Of a stretch of 64,000 nucleotides of DNA, positions 53,199 to 64,000 are shown piece by piece (within the stretch, counting starts at the first letter, position 1; each line of letters opens with the position of its first letter). The translations under genes were made by a program, and so were the position numbers. The DNA comes from Eledone cirrhosa (taxonomy: Eukaryota): contig OZ024740.1 of assembly GCA_964016885.1 (NCBI GenBank), forward strand, positions 252,836,001-252,900,000, given 5' to 3'. The notes below the pieces were generated by a model. The model did no database searches and was not told where the DNA came from. It saw only the letters and a program-made list of their open reading frames with translations.

Positions 53199-56100
53199 TC
53201 AGCATGTACCCATGGGAGGTCGGGTACCCTGTATTACTGCGTGACGCCAGAAGTCACGGTCGTGTGTCATTGACTTTGAGAGGTGTAGTTGGGTAAGGTC
53301 GGCTTTTATCACCTCATCCCAAGTCATCTTGGGTCTCCCCACTCCGCGGTTTCCATCAACTTCTAGTGCTCTGCACCTTTTTATGCAGCTGTCATCCTTC
53401 ATACGCATCACATGTCCATACCAGCGTAACCGCCTCTCCTGCACGCAGCATTTGATTCCTCTTATGCTCAGTCTCTCTCTCAATTCATTTATGCTTTGTC
53501 GTTCACGTATATTACTGTTACACATCCATCGGAGCATGCAGGCTTCGTTTCTCTCTAATCTACGTAAGTCTTCCACCTTCAGCGCCCAGGTCTCACTACC
53601 ATGCAACATCGCTGTTCGGATACACGCATCATACAGTCTGCCTTTCATTCTGAGGGAGAAGCCTTTTGCAGCTAGCAGTGGTAGTAGTTCCCTAAACTTC
53701 TTCCATCCCGTTCTTACCCTAGTTATTGTACTTTCTGAGCACCCACCTCCGTTGCTAATTCGGTCACCTAGGTAGCAGAAGCTGTCTACTGTTTCTACAG
53801 GGCCCTCCCAGAGATTGGTGGTACTTGTTTCCTGTGGCTGTTTGCTTGCTGTTTCAGCACAGCTGCTGCATGTGAATCCTACATTCTTAATTAAGCTTCC
53901 TGAGATCCCGCTACATCTCTTGTGTACCCATTGTTTGCATTTGGGGCAAAGAATGGAGTTCCTACCTACACCTTTCCTACATACTGAGCAAGGCCATTTC
54001 CCTGAGGGGATCTGGGTTCTGTTTTCTCGTCTACTTATAAGGACCTTAGTCTTTGTCATGTTGACTTTGAGGCCCTTTCTCTCTAGTCCCTGCTTCCAGG
54101 TTTGGAATTTATTCTCTAGTTCTACCATAGATTCAGCTATGAGTGCGAGGTCATCAGCATACAGGAGTTCCCATGGGCATCCGGTCTTAAACTCCTCCGT
54201 TATTGCCTGCAGGACTATGATGAACAGGAGAGGGCTAAGAACAGAGCCCTGGTGGACCCCAACCTGTACGTTAAATTCCTCGCTATACTCATTGCCAATC
54301 CTAACTTTGCTGACTGCTCCCCTATACATGGCTTGTACCGCTTTCACAAGCCATTCATCTACTCCTAGTTTTCTAAGAGCCCACCAGATTACTGCACGTG
54401 GAACTCTGTCAAAGGCTTTCTCAAGGTCGACAAATGCCAAGTAGAGTGGCTTACTTTTAGCTAGGTACTTTTCCTGTAATTGCCTCACAAGGAAGAGCGC
54501 ATCAGTGGTGCCTTTCCCTGGTACAAACCCAAATTGCATCTCGTCTATATTCACCCGGTCCCTAATCAGCTGTGCTATAACTCTTTCTGTTACTTTCATG
54601 ACCTGGTCCATCAACTTTATACCTCTATAGTTTCCTCTATCTAGTGCATCGCCTTTACCTTTGTAGCAGTTGACAATGATGCTACTGCACCAATCTTTTG
54701 GTATGGCCCCCTCTAGTATTACCTGGTTAACAATACGTGTGGTTATAGTGTGACCTACAGACCCAGATGCCTTCAGCATCTCGGCAGCTATACCCGATGG
54801 ACCGGTTGCCTTCCCTATCTTCATATCTCTGATTGCCTTACTTACTACGCTGCCGCTGACTTGTACTGCTGGTCCCTCTATAGGGTCTACGTGGGGTAGG
54901 GTCTCTTCTTCCCATGCATTCTCCTCATTTAGTAATCTATCATAATGACTCTTCCATGCATCTTTCTTCTCAGCACTTGTGAGGGCAAGCTCACCTTTAT
55001 CATTCCGGATACACTTCTCTCCAATGACATCACAACTATCTCTGACACACTGCCTCGCAATCTTGAATACCTCCTGTTTCTGGTCCTCACGTTGTAAAAC
55101 ATGCTTGAATTTTCTATCCTCTGCTTCCCTCCTAGCTAAGTATACTTGTCGCCTAGCTTCCCTCTTGGTCTCTATGTAATGTACCCTGCTCCCCCCGTTC
55201 TTCCATTCTTTCCATGCCTGTCTCTTGGCCTTGACTGCTTCATCTACCTTATTGTTCCACCACCAAGTCACTCTCCTCCTGCTTGAGGTCTTACTCCAGC
55301 CACAAACCTCATCCGTCGCCTCTAGTAAGTTATTTTTTAGGAACTCCCAGTTCTCTTCTACGTTAAATGTCTCTATCTGTTCTTCTTTACTGTCGTAGGC
55401 GTTGAGTAAAATATCTTTAAATCTGTTACTGGTTGAGGGGACTTTCAGCTTCCAGATCTTTCTTCTCCAGGTTGGCCTCTGTTTCAGGGCTCGTCTAGTT
55501 CTGACCGTGAGGTCGCTGACAACTAAGCTATGTTGGGATGTACATTCCTCACTAGGGAAGGCTTTTGTGTTTACGACCGTCCATCTGTCACGTCCTCTGA
55601 TGAGGATAAAATCTAACTGACTAGAGTGCTCCCCTGATCTATAGGTGATCAGGTGGTTGTCGGGTTTTTTAAAGTTTGTGTTACATATCGACATGTCATT
55701 GGCGTCGCAGAATTCTAGAAGTCTGAATCCTTCCTCATTCCTTGTGCCAACTCCATGGCCTCCATGTACTCTATTGAAGCCGTCGCAGTGTTTACCTACA
55801 TGTCCGTTAAAATCTCCTGCAATGATTAGGAAGTCCTTGTCGTCTGTTAGAGCAGTAGTGTGTATTAGGGACTCGTAAAACCTATCCTTAAGTTCGTCTG
55901 GCAGCCCCGATTGGGGTGCGTAAGCTGATATTATTGTGGTAATTGTCTTATTCAGGACTAGTCTGAGTTTAATGATTCTTGCATTTACCCTGTACACTGA
56001 GATTACTTTATCTACCCACTTGTCAGCTAATAGTATACCTACACCACCCATCCCATCGTCATTTCCCACCCAGAAAAATTTGTAGCACTGGCTTTTTCCT

Positions 56101-56318
56101 ACAAGGACTCTAGCAGACCCTCCTCTCCATCTAGTCTCTTGCACACAGCATACATCAACTTCCTTTCGCTCTAGCATTTCTACGATTTCTCCTGCTCTTC
56201 CTTTCATTGAGCCTACATTGATGGTACCAACTCGGAGTTTTGGGCATTTGTCGACACTCGTAGGGGAGGGTCTCTGGGTTGGCGCTTCACGTGGGTGCTT
56301 GGTAGCTCGCAGATTCAT
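53199..56318 (-). CDS. Intact RTE-clade LINE ORF: apurinic endonuclease + reverse transcriptase with embedded PHD-type zinc finger
   Basis: Uninterrupted 1039 aa ORF. APE motifs: GTINVGSM, CVQETRW, SAYAPQ, AGDFNGHVG, SQLDFIL. RT motifs: [47 protein letters not shown]-terminus: [16 protein letters not shown]. Confidence 0.96.
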   Translation of the reverse strand: MNLRATKHPREAPTQRPSPTSVDKCPKLRVGTINVGSMKGRAGEIVEMLERKEVDVCCVQETRWRGGSARVLVGKSQCYKFFWVGNDDGMGGVGILLADKWVDKVISVYRVNARIIKLRLVLNKTITTIISAYAPQSGLPDELKDRFYESLIHTTALTDDKDFLIIAGDFNGHVGKHCDGFNRVHGGHGVGTRNEEGFRLLEFCDANDMSICNTNFKKPDNHLITYRSGEHSSQLDFILIRGRDRWTVVNTKAFPSEECTSQHSLVVSDLTVRTRRALKQRPTWRRKIWKLKVPSTSNRFKDILLNAYDSKEEQIETFNVEENWEFLKNNLLEATDEVCGWSKTSSRRRVTWWWNNKVDEAVKAKRQAWKEWKNGGSRVHYIETKREARRQVYLARREAEDRKFKHVLQREDQKQEVFKIARQCVRDSCDVIGEKCIRNDKGELALTSAEKKDAWKSHYDRLLNEENAWEEETLPHVDPIEGPAVQVSGSVVSKAIRDMKIGKATGPSGIAAEMLKASGSVGHTITTRIVNQVILEGAIPKDWCSSIIVNCYKGKGDALDRGNYRGIKLMDQVMKVTERVIAQLIRDRVNIDEMQFGFVPGKGTTDALFLVRQLQEKYLAKSKPLYLAFVDLEKAFDRVPRAVIWWALRKLGVDEWLVKAVQAMYRGAVSKVRIGNEYSEEFNVQVGVHQGSVLSPLLFIIVLQAITEEFKTGCPWELLYADDLALIAESMVELENKFQTWKQGLERKGLKVNMTKTKVLISRRENRTQIPSGKWPCSVCRKGVGRNSILCPKCKQWVHKRCSGISGSLIKNVGFTCSSCAETASKQPQETSTTNLWEGPVETVDSFCYLGDRISNGGGCSESTITRVRTGWKKFRELLPLLAAKGFSLRMKGRLYDACIRTAMLHGSETWALKVEDLRRLERNEACMLRWMCNSNIRERQSINELRERLSIRGIKCCVQERRLRWYGHVMRMKDDSCIKRCRALEVDGNRGVGRPKMTWDEVIKADLTQLHLSKSMTHDRDFWRHAVIQGTRPPMGTC

Positions 56319-56564
56319 ATTTCATCTATTGATTCAGAGTTGCTCGTGTATTCCCAGCTCATCCATCCATAACGGTGGGAAAATTGAGGGCTAGAAGGAC
56401 AGTGGTGGTGGGGTAATGGCAGGGTGTGTTGGGATGCGCCAGAGGAGGAGAGAGTTAGTTAGGCAGGTAGTAGCAGCAGCAGCAGTGGAAATGGCATGCT
56501 AGGTTTGATTGGTCGAATAGACTATGGTGGTGTGTGGGGGTGGGGGGGGGGAGGGAAATTGTGA

Positions 56565-58686
56565 GGTAGGAACTGAGGGTCGCATGGTAAATATCCAAGT
56601 TAATACTACATCAGTAAAATTAACAATAATAACGTCATGAAAAAAGCTACTAAGAGAAACCCTCGAAAATTTATCGCTAATACAGCAGGGAAAATTTAAC
56701 GCTAATACAGCAGGGAACATCATAATATTAACGACAATATGTAGGCTAAAATACCTTCGTAGATTAGATGGATGGCTGGCTGGGAAAATTGGAATCGGCT
56801 CTAGTGGTACATTTTAGCAGAGAAGAATGGGAAAGTGTCTTATCTCTTCAATATTTTCAGATTGAATGAATTAGGTTAAAGACAGGGTAGTAAGCCTTAA
56901 AAAAGTGCATAGAGAGGGGGGGGGGGGTAGGAACTGAGGGTCGCATGGTAAATAACTGAGAGAGATACAATAGGATTAGAATACCGCATGGTAAATATCC
57001 AAGTTAATAAGTTAATACTACATCAGTAAAATTAACAATAATAACGTCATGAAAAAAGCTACTAAGAGAAACCCTCGAAAATTTATCGCTAATACAGCAG
57101 GGAAAATTTAACGCTAATACAGCAGGGAACATCATAATATTAACGACAATATGTAGGCTAAAATACCTTCGTAGATTAGATGGATGGCTGGCTGGGAAAA
57201 TTGGAATCGGCTCTAGTGGTACATTTTAGCAGAGAAGAATGGGAAAGTGTCTTATCTCTTCAATATTTTCAGATTGAATGAATTAGGTTAAAGACAGGGT
57301 AGTAAGCCTTAAAGAAGTGCATAGAGAGGGGGGGGTAGGAACTGAGGGTCGCATGGTAAATAACTGAGAGAGATACAATAGGATTAGAATACCGCATGGT
57401 AAATATCCAAGTTAATAAGTTAATACTACATCAGTAAAATTAACAATAATAACGTCATGAAAAAAGCTACTAAGAGAAACCCTCGAAAATTTATCGCTAA
57501 TACAGCAGGGAAAATTTAACGCTAATACAGCAGGGAACATCATAATATTAACGACAATATGTAGGCTAAAATACCTTCGTAGATTAGATGGATGGCTGGC
57601 TGGGAAAATTGGAATCGGCTCTAGTGGTACATTTTAGCAGAGAAGAATGGGAAAGTGTCTTATCTCTTCAATATTTTCAGATTGAATGAATTAGGTTAAA
57701 GACAGGGTAGTAAGCCTTAAAGAAGTGCATAGAGAGGGGGGGGGGGGGTAGGAACTGAGGGTCGCATGGTAAATAACTGAGAGAGATACAATAGGATTAG
57801 AATACCGCATGGTAAATATCCAAGTTAATAAGTTAATACTACATCAGTAAAATTAACAATAATAACGTCATGAAAAAAGCTACTAAGAGAAACCCTCGAA
57901 AATTTATCGCTAATACAGCAGGGAAAATTTAACGCTAATACAGCAGGGAACATCATAATATTAACGACAATATGTAGGCTAAAATACCTTCGTAGATTAG
58001 ATGGATGGCTGGCTGGGAAAATTGGAATCGGCTCTAGTGGTACATTTTAGCAGAGAAGAATGGGAAAGTGTCTTATCTCTTCAATATTTTCAGATTGAAT
58101 GAATTAGGTTAAAGACAGGGTAGTAAGCCTTAAAGAAGTGCATAGAGAGGGGGGGGGGGGTAGGAACTGAGGGTCGCATGGTAAATAACTGAGAGAGATA
58201 CAATAGGATTAGAATACCGCATGGTAAATATCCAAGTTAATAAGTTAATACTACATCAGTAAAATTAACAATAATAACGTCATGAAAAAAGCTACTAAGA
58301 GAAACCCTCGAAAATTTATCGCTAATACAGCAGGGAAAATTTAACGCTAATACAGCAGGGAACATCATAATATTAGCGACAATATGTAGGCTAAAATACC
58401 TTCGTAGATTAGATGGATGGCTGGCTGGGAAAATTGGAATCGGCTCTAGTGGTACATTTTAGCAGAGAAGAATGGGAAAGTGTCTTATCTCTTCAATATT
58501 TTCAGATTGAATGAATTAGGTTAAAGACAGGGTAGTAAGCCTTAAAGAAGTGCATAGAGAGGGGGGGGTAGGAACTGAGGGTCGCATGGTAAATAACTGA
58601 GAGAGATACAATAGGATTAGAATACCGCATGGTAAATATCCAAGTTAATAAGTTAATACTACATCAGTAAAATTAACAATAATAAT
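56565..58686. repeat. Tandem array of ~410-bp units (5 full or near-full plus 1 partial)
   Basis: The marker 'taggaactgagggtcgcatgg' recurs at 56567, 56928, 57336, 57749, 58161 and 58569. Units differ almost only in G-run length; the ORF-proximal unit is ~50 bp shorter. Confidence 0.97.
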
Positions 58687-58702
58687 AACAATAATAATAA
58701 TC

Positions 58703-59280
58703 TATAGTAGAATATAATTATAGGTTAACAAAAATTAAAAATAATATATATATATATATATATTTAATTGTAAAGAATATATTAATTAGGTATATATTTA
58801 AAAATTTATCTCAGTTTATGATTACATGATATTCTGCAATCCATCTGTATTGGAATTTTAATTTTAAGCTAATTAAATTAAAATTATAGGTTAACTAAAT
58901 TAAAATTAATTTATAAATAAGTTTCTAAATTGTACATTAATTAGGTTTATAATATTAAAAAATATTTCTCTGTTATTGATTACACGATATTTTGTTATAT
59001 TTCATCTGTAAAGGAATTTTAATAAAAGGTTAAATAAACTAAAATTAATCTATAAATTAATTTACAAAGTATATATTAATTATGTTAATAATATTTAAAA
59101 GTATTTCACTATTTATGATTACACAATATTTTTTAATCTCATCTGTATTAGAATTTTAATTAAATTAAATTTATAGGTTAACTACATTTAAATTAAATTA
59201 TATATTAATTTCTAAAATATATATTATTAATTAGGTTTATAATATTTAAATGTTTTTCTCAGTTTATGATTACACGATAT
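58703..59280. repeat. Degenerate AT-rich tandem repeat (~130-150 bp), continuing at 52480-52896
   Basis: Recurrent ataggttaactaaattaaaatt…attaattaggtttataatatt on both sides of the RTE. Confidence 0.75.
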
Positions 59281-60475
59281 AATTAAATCCTGTCGCTTAT
59301 TTAATAGGATATCCTTAGATTTCATTATTTCAAATAGTTCTTGGGAACATAATCTACATTATTTTCTATTATTTTGATAAGGGGTGGCTCTTTTGAGCAC
59401 ACTCCAGGTCATATCATATTCTATATTCTTATTTCTATAACTATTAATTTTTTCTGCTAGAGATGTTGTATTAGCCAGTGCGGCATTTTTAAAACTATGT
59501 TTGTGGGTATTAAACCTTACCTTAAAATTGTTAGAAGTAGCTCCTATATATGAGCAAATAGAATCTTTAGTTTTAACTTTACATTTATAAACTATGTTGT
59601 TAACAAGACAATTTCCTTTTAATAGGCAGTTTGCTTTGTTTCTACAGTTACAACCTTTCGTTAATTCTGTATTTGAGGAGATATTATGGTTAGTTTGATG
59701 TATTGGTGGTATACTTATGGTTTTTTTACGTTTATATGCATTATAGGCACTTATATTTTGTTTTATGTTTTTGGTTGTTGAGTATGAGAATTTAACTGTT
59801 GACCTATTTAAGATTTGATGGTATTTGTGGTTTGGCGGGAAGTTTTTCTCTAGGATATAAAAACATTTTTTAGCAATATTATCCTTAATTTGTAAATTAA
59901 ATGGAGCATTATACCAAGTAACTCGTCTATTACGGTTTCTATGTTGTTTATTATTTTTATAGGTTGTATCGTGATGTTTACTAGGAGGATTAATGTTAAT
60001 GACCTCACCACGCACATTTTTAGTTAGATTTATTGATTTAGGTGTTTTATCTTGTTTATTAGGAGTTTTATTATTAACATTTATTAGAGTTGTATGATGA
60101 GTAGTTTTTTGAGAGTTACTATACTTTATATTAGAGGAGTTGTTGGTATTTTGGGGTATAATGTGGGTGGCATTTAGGTGTGTACTTTTCATTTGGTGTT
60201 TGCTGGTAATATTAGGTTGTATGTTTATAGTATTTTTAGTAGAAGGTATATATTCGAATCTATTTTTGTGGCTACTTCTATCTAGAGCTTCGTTATAGAA
60301 GGTCGCATATTTATCAAATACATCTTGGTTAGACGAAAGGTTAGAAATTCTAAGTGATATATTATATGCAAGGTTTTTAAGGATAGATTTAGGGTGATTA
60401 GATTATGAGTGTATGTAGTGTAAGTTTTGGTTGGGTTTATGGTAAGGTTGGTAGATATCCGTAGCTAAATCTATA
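59280..60475 (-). mobile_element. Penelope-like element (Naiad-like) RT thumb, linker and GIY-YIG endonuclease, degenerate
   Basis: YQPYHKPN…YIH..SNHP; RRVTWYNAPFN; HKYHQILNRSTVKFSYS; CNCRNKANC; IVYKC…YIGATSNNFKVRFNTHKHSF; CRLC after a TAA stop. Confidence 0.88.
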
Positions 60476-60506
60476 TATATAAACATATATAAATATATAA
60501 ATATAT

Positions 60507-60561
<55 letters not shown>

Positions 60562-60896
60562 AATATATATATAAATATATAAATATATATATAAATATAA
60601 ATATATATATAAATATATAAATAAATATATATATATATATAAATATATAAATATATATATAAATATATATATAAATAAATATATAAATATATATATAAAT
60701 ATATATATAAATATATATATAAATATATAAAGACATATATAAATATATATATAAATATATAAAGACATATATAAATATATATTTAAATATATATATATAT
60801 ATATAAATAAATATATATATAAATATATATATATATATAAATAAATATATATATATATATATTTATTTATATATAAATAAATATATATATATATAA

Positions 60897-60973
<77 letters not shown>

Positions 60974-61020
60974 AATATAAATATATATATATAAATATAT
61001 ATATATAAATATATATATAA

Positions 61021-61063
<43 letters not shown>

Positions 61064-61083
61064 TATATATAAATATATATATA

Positions 61084-61131
<48 letters not shown>

Positions 61132-61139
61132 TATATATA

Positions 61140-61171
<32 letters not shown>

Positions 61172-61184
61172 AATAAATATAAAT

Positions 61185-61231
<47 letters not shown>

Positions 61232-61253
61232 TATATATAAATATATATATATA

Positions 61254-61311
<58 letters not shown>

Positions 61312-61327
61312 TATATATAAATATATA
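60470..61327. repeat. (TA)n/(TATATAAA)n microsatellite
   Basis: Direct inspection. Confidence 0.98.
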
Positions 61328-63055
61328 TCATCATCATCATCATCATCAACGTTTAACGTCCGTGTTCCACGCTTGCATGGGTTTGGACGGGGGTAGTCCC
61401 ACTTGAGGCAAGAGTGATTGTCTTGCTCGCATAGGACTGTCTGGCAGGTTTTCTACAGTTGGATGCCCTTCCTAACACCAACCACATTTACAGTGTGGGT
61501 CTGGGAGGTTTTTACCGTGTTGCCTACACGGCCACATTACAGCGTGGACTGTGTGTTTTTTTGTCGTGACACCTACACGATCTCATTTGTTTCGGCCCGG
61601 ATGGCGCGGCACCAACATAACTTTACATAGGACGGGGTGGTGTGGATGGGGTGGGGGTGGTGGTGGTGGGACGGGGTGTATTTTGTTAGAGATGCCTACT
61701 GGCAAGGCGGGTCTTCTCTGTTACTGAGTACCGCCAAAGGTCTCGGTCCAGTGACATTGTCTTGGAGAGGTGTAAGTGTGTGAGGTCGGAGTTTATCAGC
61801 TCGTCCCAGGTTTTTCTAGGTCTGCCTATTCCGTGGCTACCGTCTATCTTTATTGCCCTGCACTTTGTTATACAGCTATCGACTTTCATGCGCATCACGT
61901 GTCCATACCAACGTAGCCTTCTCTCGAGTAAACAACATCTGATCCCTCTTATCTCTAATTTTTTCCTTAGTTCGTTTATGCTTTGCCGTTCACGTATATT
62001 ACTGTTACACATCCAGCGGAGCATGCAAGCTTCGTTCCTCTCTAGTCTGCGTATATCCTCTGCACACAATGCCCAGGTCTCACTGCCATGCAACATTGCT
62101 GTTCGTATGCAGGCATCGTACAACCTGCCTTTCATTTTTAGGGAGAACCCTTTAGCAGCTAATAGTGGTATAAGCTCTCTGAACTTTTTCCAACCAGTTC
62201 TGACTCTAGCTACAGTACTTTCAGAGCACCCTCCCCCACTGCTGATTTTATCGCCCAGGTAACGGAAGCTGTCCACTATTTCTATAGAACCCTCTGCGCA
62301 ATTGAAAGAGCTAGTATTGTGTGGGCACTTGCTGCTACTTATTGCACCAGAACACCGGCCACATGTAAAATCTATGTTCTTAGTTAGCTTACCTGTGATC
62401 CCACTACATCTTTTATGCACCCATACTTTGCATTTAGGACACAAAATGGAGTTTCTACCTACGCCTTTCCTACACACCGAGCACGACCATTTCCCAGAAG
62501 GGACCGCCGCCTTGTTTTCTTTCCTACAAACTAGAACTTTGGTCTTAGCCAGGTTAATTTTAAGTCCTTTTGACTCTAGGCCGTGCTTCCATGTTTGGAA
62601 TTTCTTCTCTAGCTCGGCCATTGATTCCGCTATGAGTGTCAGGTCGTCTGCGTATAGGAGTTCCCATGGGCCGCCTGTCTTGAACTCCTCTGTTATAGCC
62701 TGAAGGGCAATAATAAATAGTAGGGGGCTGAGAACAGAGCCCTGATGGACGCCAACTTTTACGCTAAACTCTTCACTATATTCGTTGTTAATTCTAACCT
62801 TGCTGACTGTTTCTTTATACATGGCTTGTATAGCCCTCACAAGCCATTCGTCAACGCCTAGTTTTCTAAGAGCCCACCAGATAATGGAGCGGGGGACTCT
62901 GTCGAAGGCTTTCTCCAAGTCGACAAAAGCTAAGTAGAGGGGTCTACCTTTAGCTAGGTACTTCTCCTGTAGTTGTCGTACTATGAAAAGAGCGTCTGTG
63001 GTACTTTTGCCTGACACAAACCCGAACTGCATTTCATCTAGGTCAATTCTCTCTC
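61328..63055 (-). mobile_element. 5'-truncated RTE LINE (PHD-bearing family, distinct subfamily) with an open 448 aa RT/C-terminal frame
   Basis: ORF 61686-63032 contains QFGF, DLEKAFD, YADD, the PHD finger and RWYGHV. (GAT)n tail at 61328-61348. Embedded in (TA)n. Confidence 0.92.
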
Positions 63056-63114
63056 TATATAAATATATATATATATATATATATAAATATATATATAAAT
63101 ATATATATATATAA

Positions 63115-63151
<37 letters not shown>

Positions 63152-63244
63152 AATATATATATAAATATATATATAAATATATATATAAATATATATATAA
63201 ATATATATATATATAAATATAAATATATATATATATAAATAAAT

Positions 63245-63297
<53 letters not shown>

Positions 63298-63300
63298 AAT

Positions 63301-63351
<51 letters not shown>

Positions 63352-63447
63352 TATATGTATAAATATATATATATATAAATATATAAATATAAATATATAT
63401 ATATATAAATATATATATATATAAATATATAAATATATATATATATA

Positions 63448-63481
<34 letters not shown>

Positions 63482-63493
63482 AATATATATATA

Positions 63494-63539
<46 letters not shown>

Positions 63540-63547
63540 TATATATA

Positions 63548-63638
<91 letters not shown>

Positions 63639-63724
63639 TATATATATAAATATATATATAAATATATATATATATAAATATATATATATATAAATATATA
63701 TATATATAAATATATATATATATA

Positions 63725-63760
<36 letters not shown>

Positions 63761-63772
63761 AATATATATATA

Positions 63773-63858
<86 letters not shown>

Positions 63859-63953
63859 TATATATAAATAAATATATATATAAATATATATATATATAAA
63901 TATATATATATATAAATATATATATAAATATATATATATATAAATATATAAAT

Positions 63954-63987
<34 letters not shown>

Positions 63988-64000
63988 GTATAAATATATA
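63056..64000. repeat. (TA)n/(TATATAAA)n microsatellite running off the window end
   Basis: Direct inspection. Confidence 0.98.

Larger units (their letters stand above)
52897..58702 (-). mobile_element. Full-length RTE LINE with (GAT)n tail, 3' UTR, ORF, 5' UTR and 5' tandem monomer array
   Basis: (CAT)n tail on + at 52897-52917. The same AT-rich satellite resumes in register on both flanks (…tttatctcatc | tatagtagaatataattataggttaac…). Confidence 0.8.

Noticed and set aside
53329-55878. Plus-strand ORFs antisense to the RTE ORF (also 61762-62703)
   Set aside because: Shadow frames of the RTE coding sequence with no recognisable motifs.
56565-58686. RT-associated array as a CRISPR/retron/DGR-like system
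   Set aside because: The units are contiguous and essentially identical, with no variable spacers or adenine-specific divergence. The adjacent RT is a non-LTR retrotransposon enzyme.
59340-60410. Selenocysteine recoding in the Naiad-like ORF
   Set aside because: The two in-frame stops I examined (59359-59361 and 60403-60405) are TAA, not TGA, and frameshifts are present. Ordinary decay.
45076-64000. Additional upstream EGF exons
   Set aside because: No Cys-patterned exon was seen by eye. The region is almost entirely TE and microsatellite, though a very short exon could have been missed.

Overview
AT-rich, microsatellite-rich animal genomic DNA. The (TA)n/(CAT)n tracts and SINE repertoire suggest a coleoid cephalopod such as Octopus; this is inference. 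The backbone is a minus-strand, multi-exon gene for an extracellular protein of tandem calcium-binding EGF repeats (Crumbs/Notch/fibropellin-like). Ten exons between 3252 and 45075 were traced with GT-AG boundaries and fully consistent phases, giving 1910 nt (about 16 EGF repeats); both gene ends lie outside the exons found. The introns are packed with transposable elements. These include one apparently intact RTE-clade LINE (1039 aa APE-RT ORF) with a C4HC3 PHD-type finger inside the RT region and about five near-identical ~410-bp monomers at its 5' end, plus several decayed relatives. Also present are Dong/R4, Tx1/L1, CRE and Penelope (Naiad-like) elements, two Tc1/mariner transposons, two non-autonomous Helitrons, a hAT MITE and tRNA-derived SINEs, one of which borrows the RTE 3' tail. 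Two type I hammerhead ribozyme motifs were found by eye on the host gene's strand.
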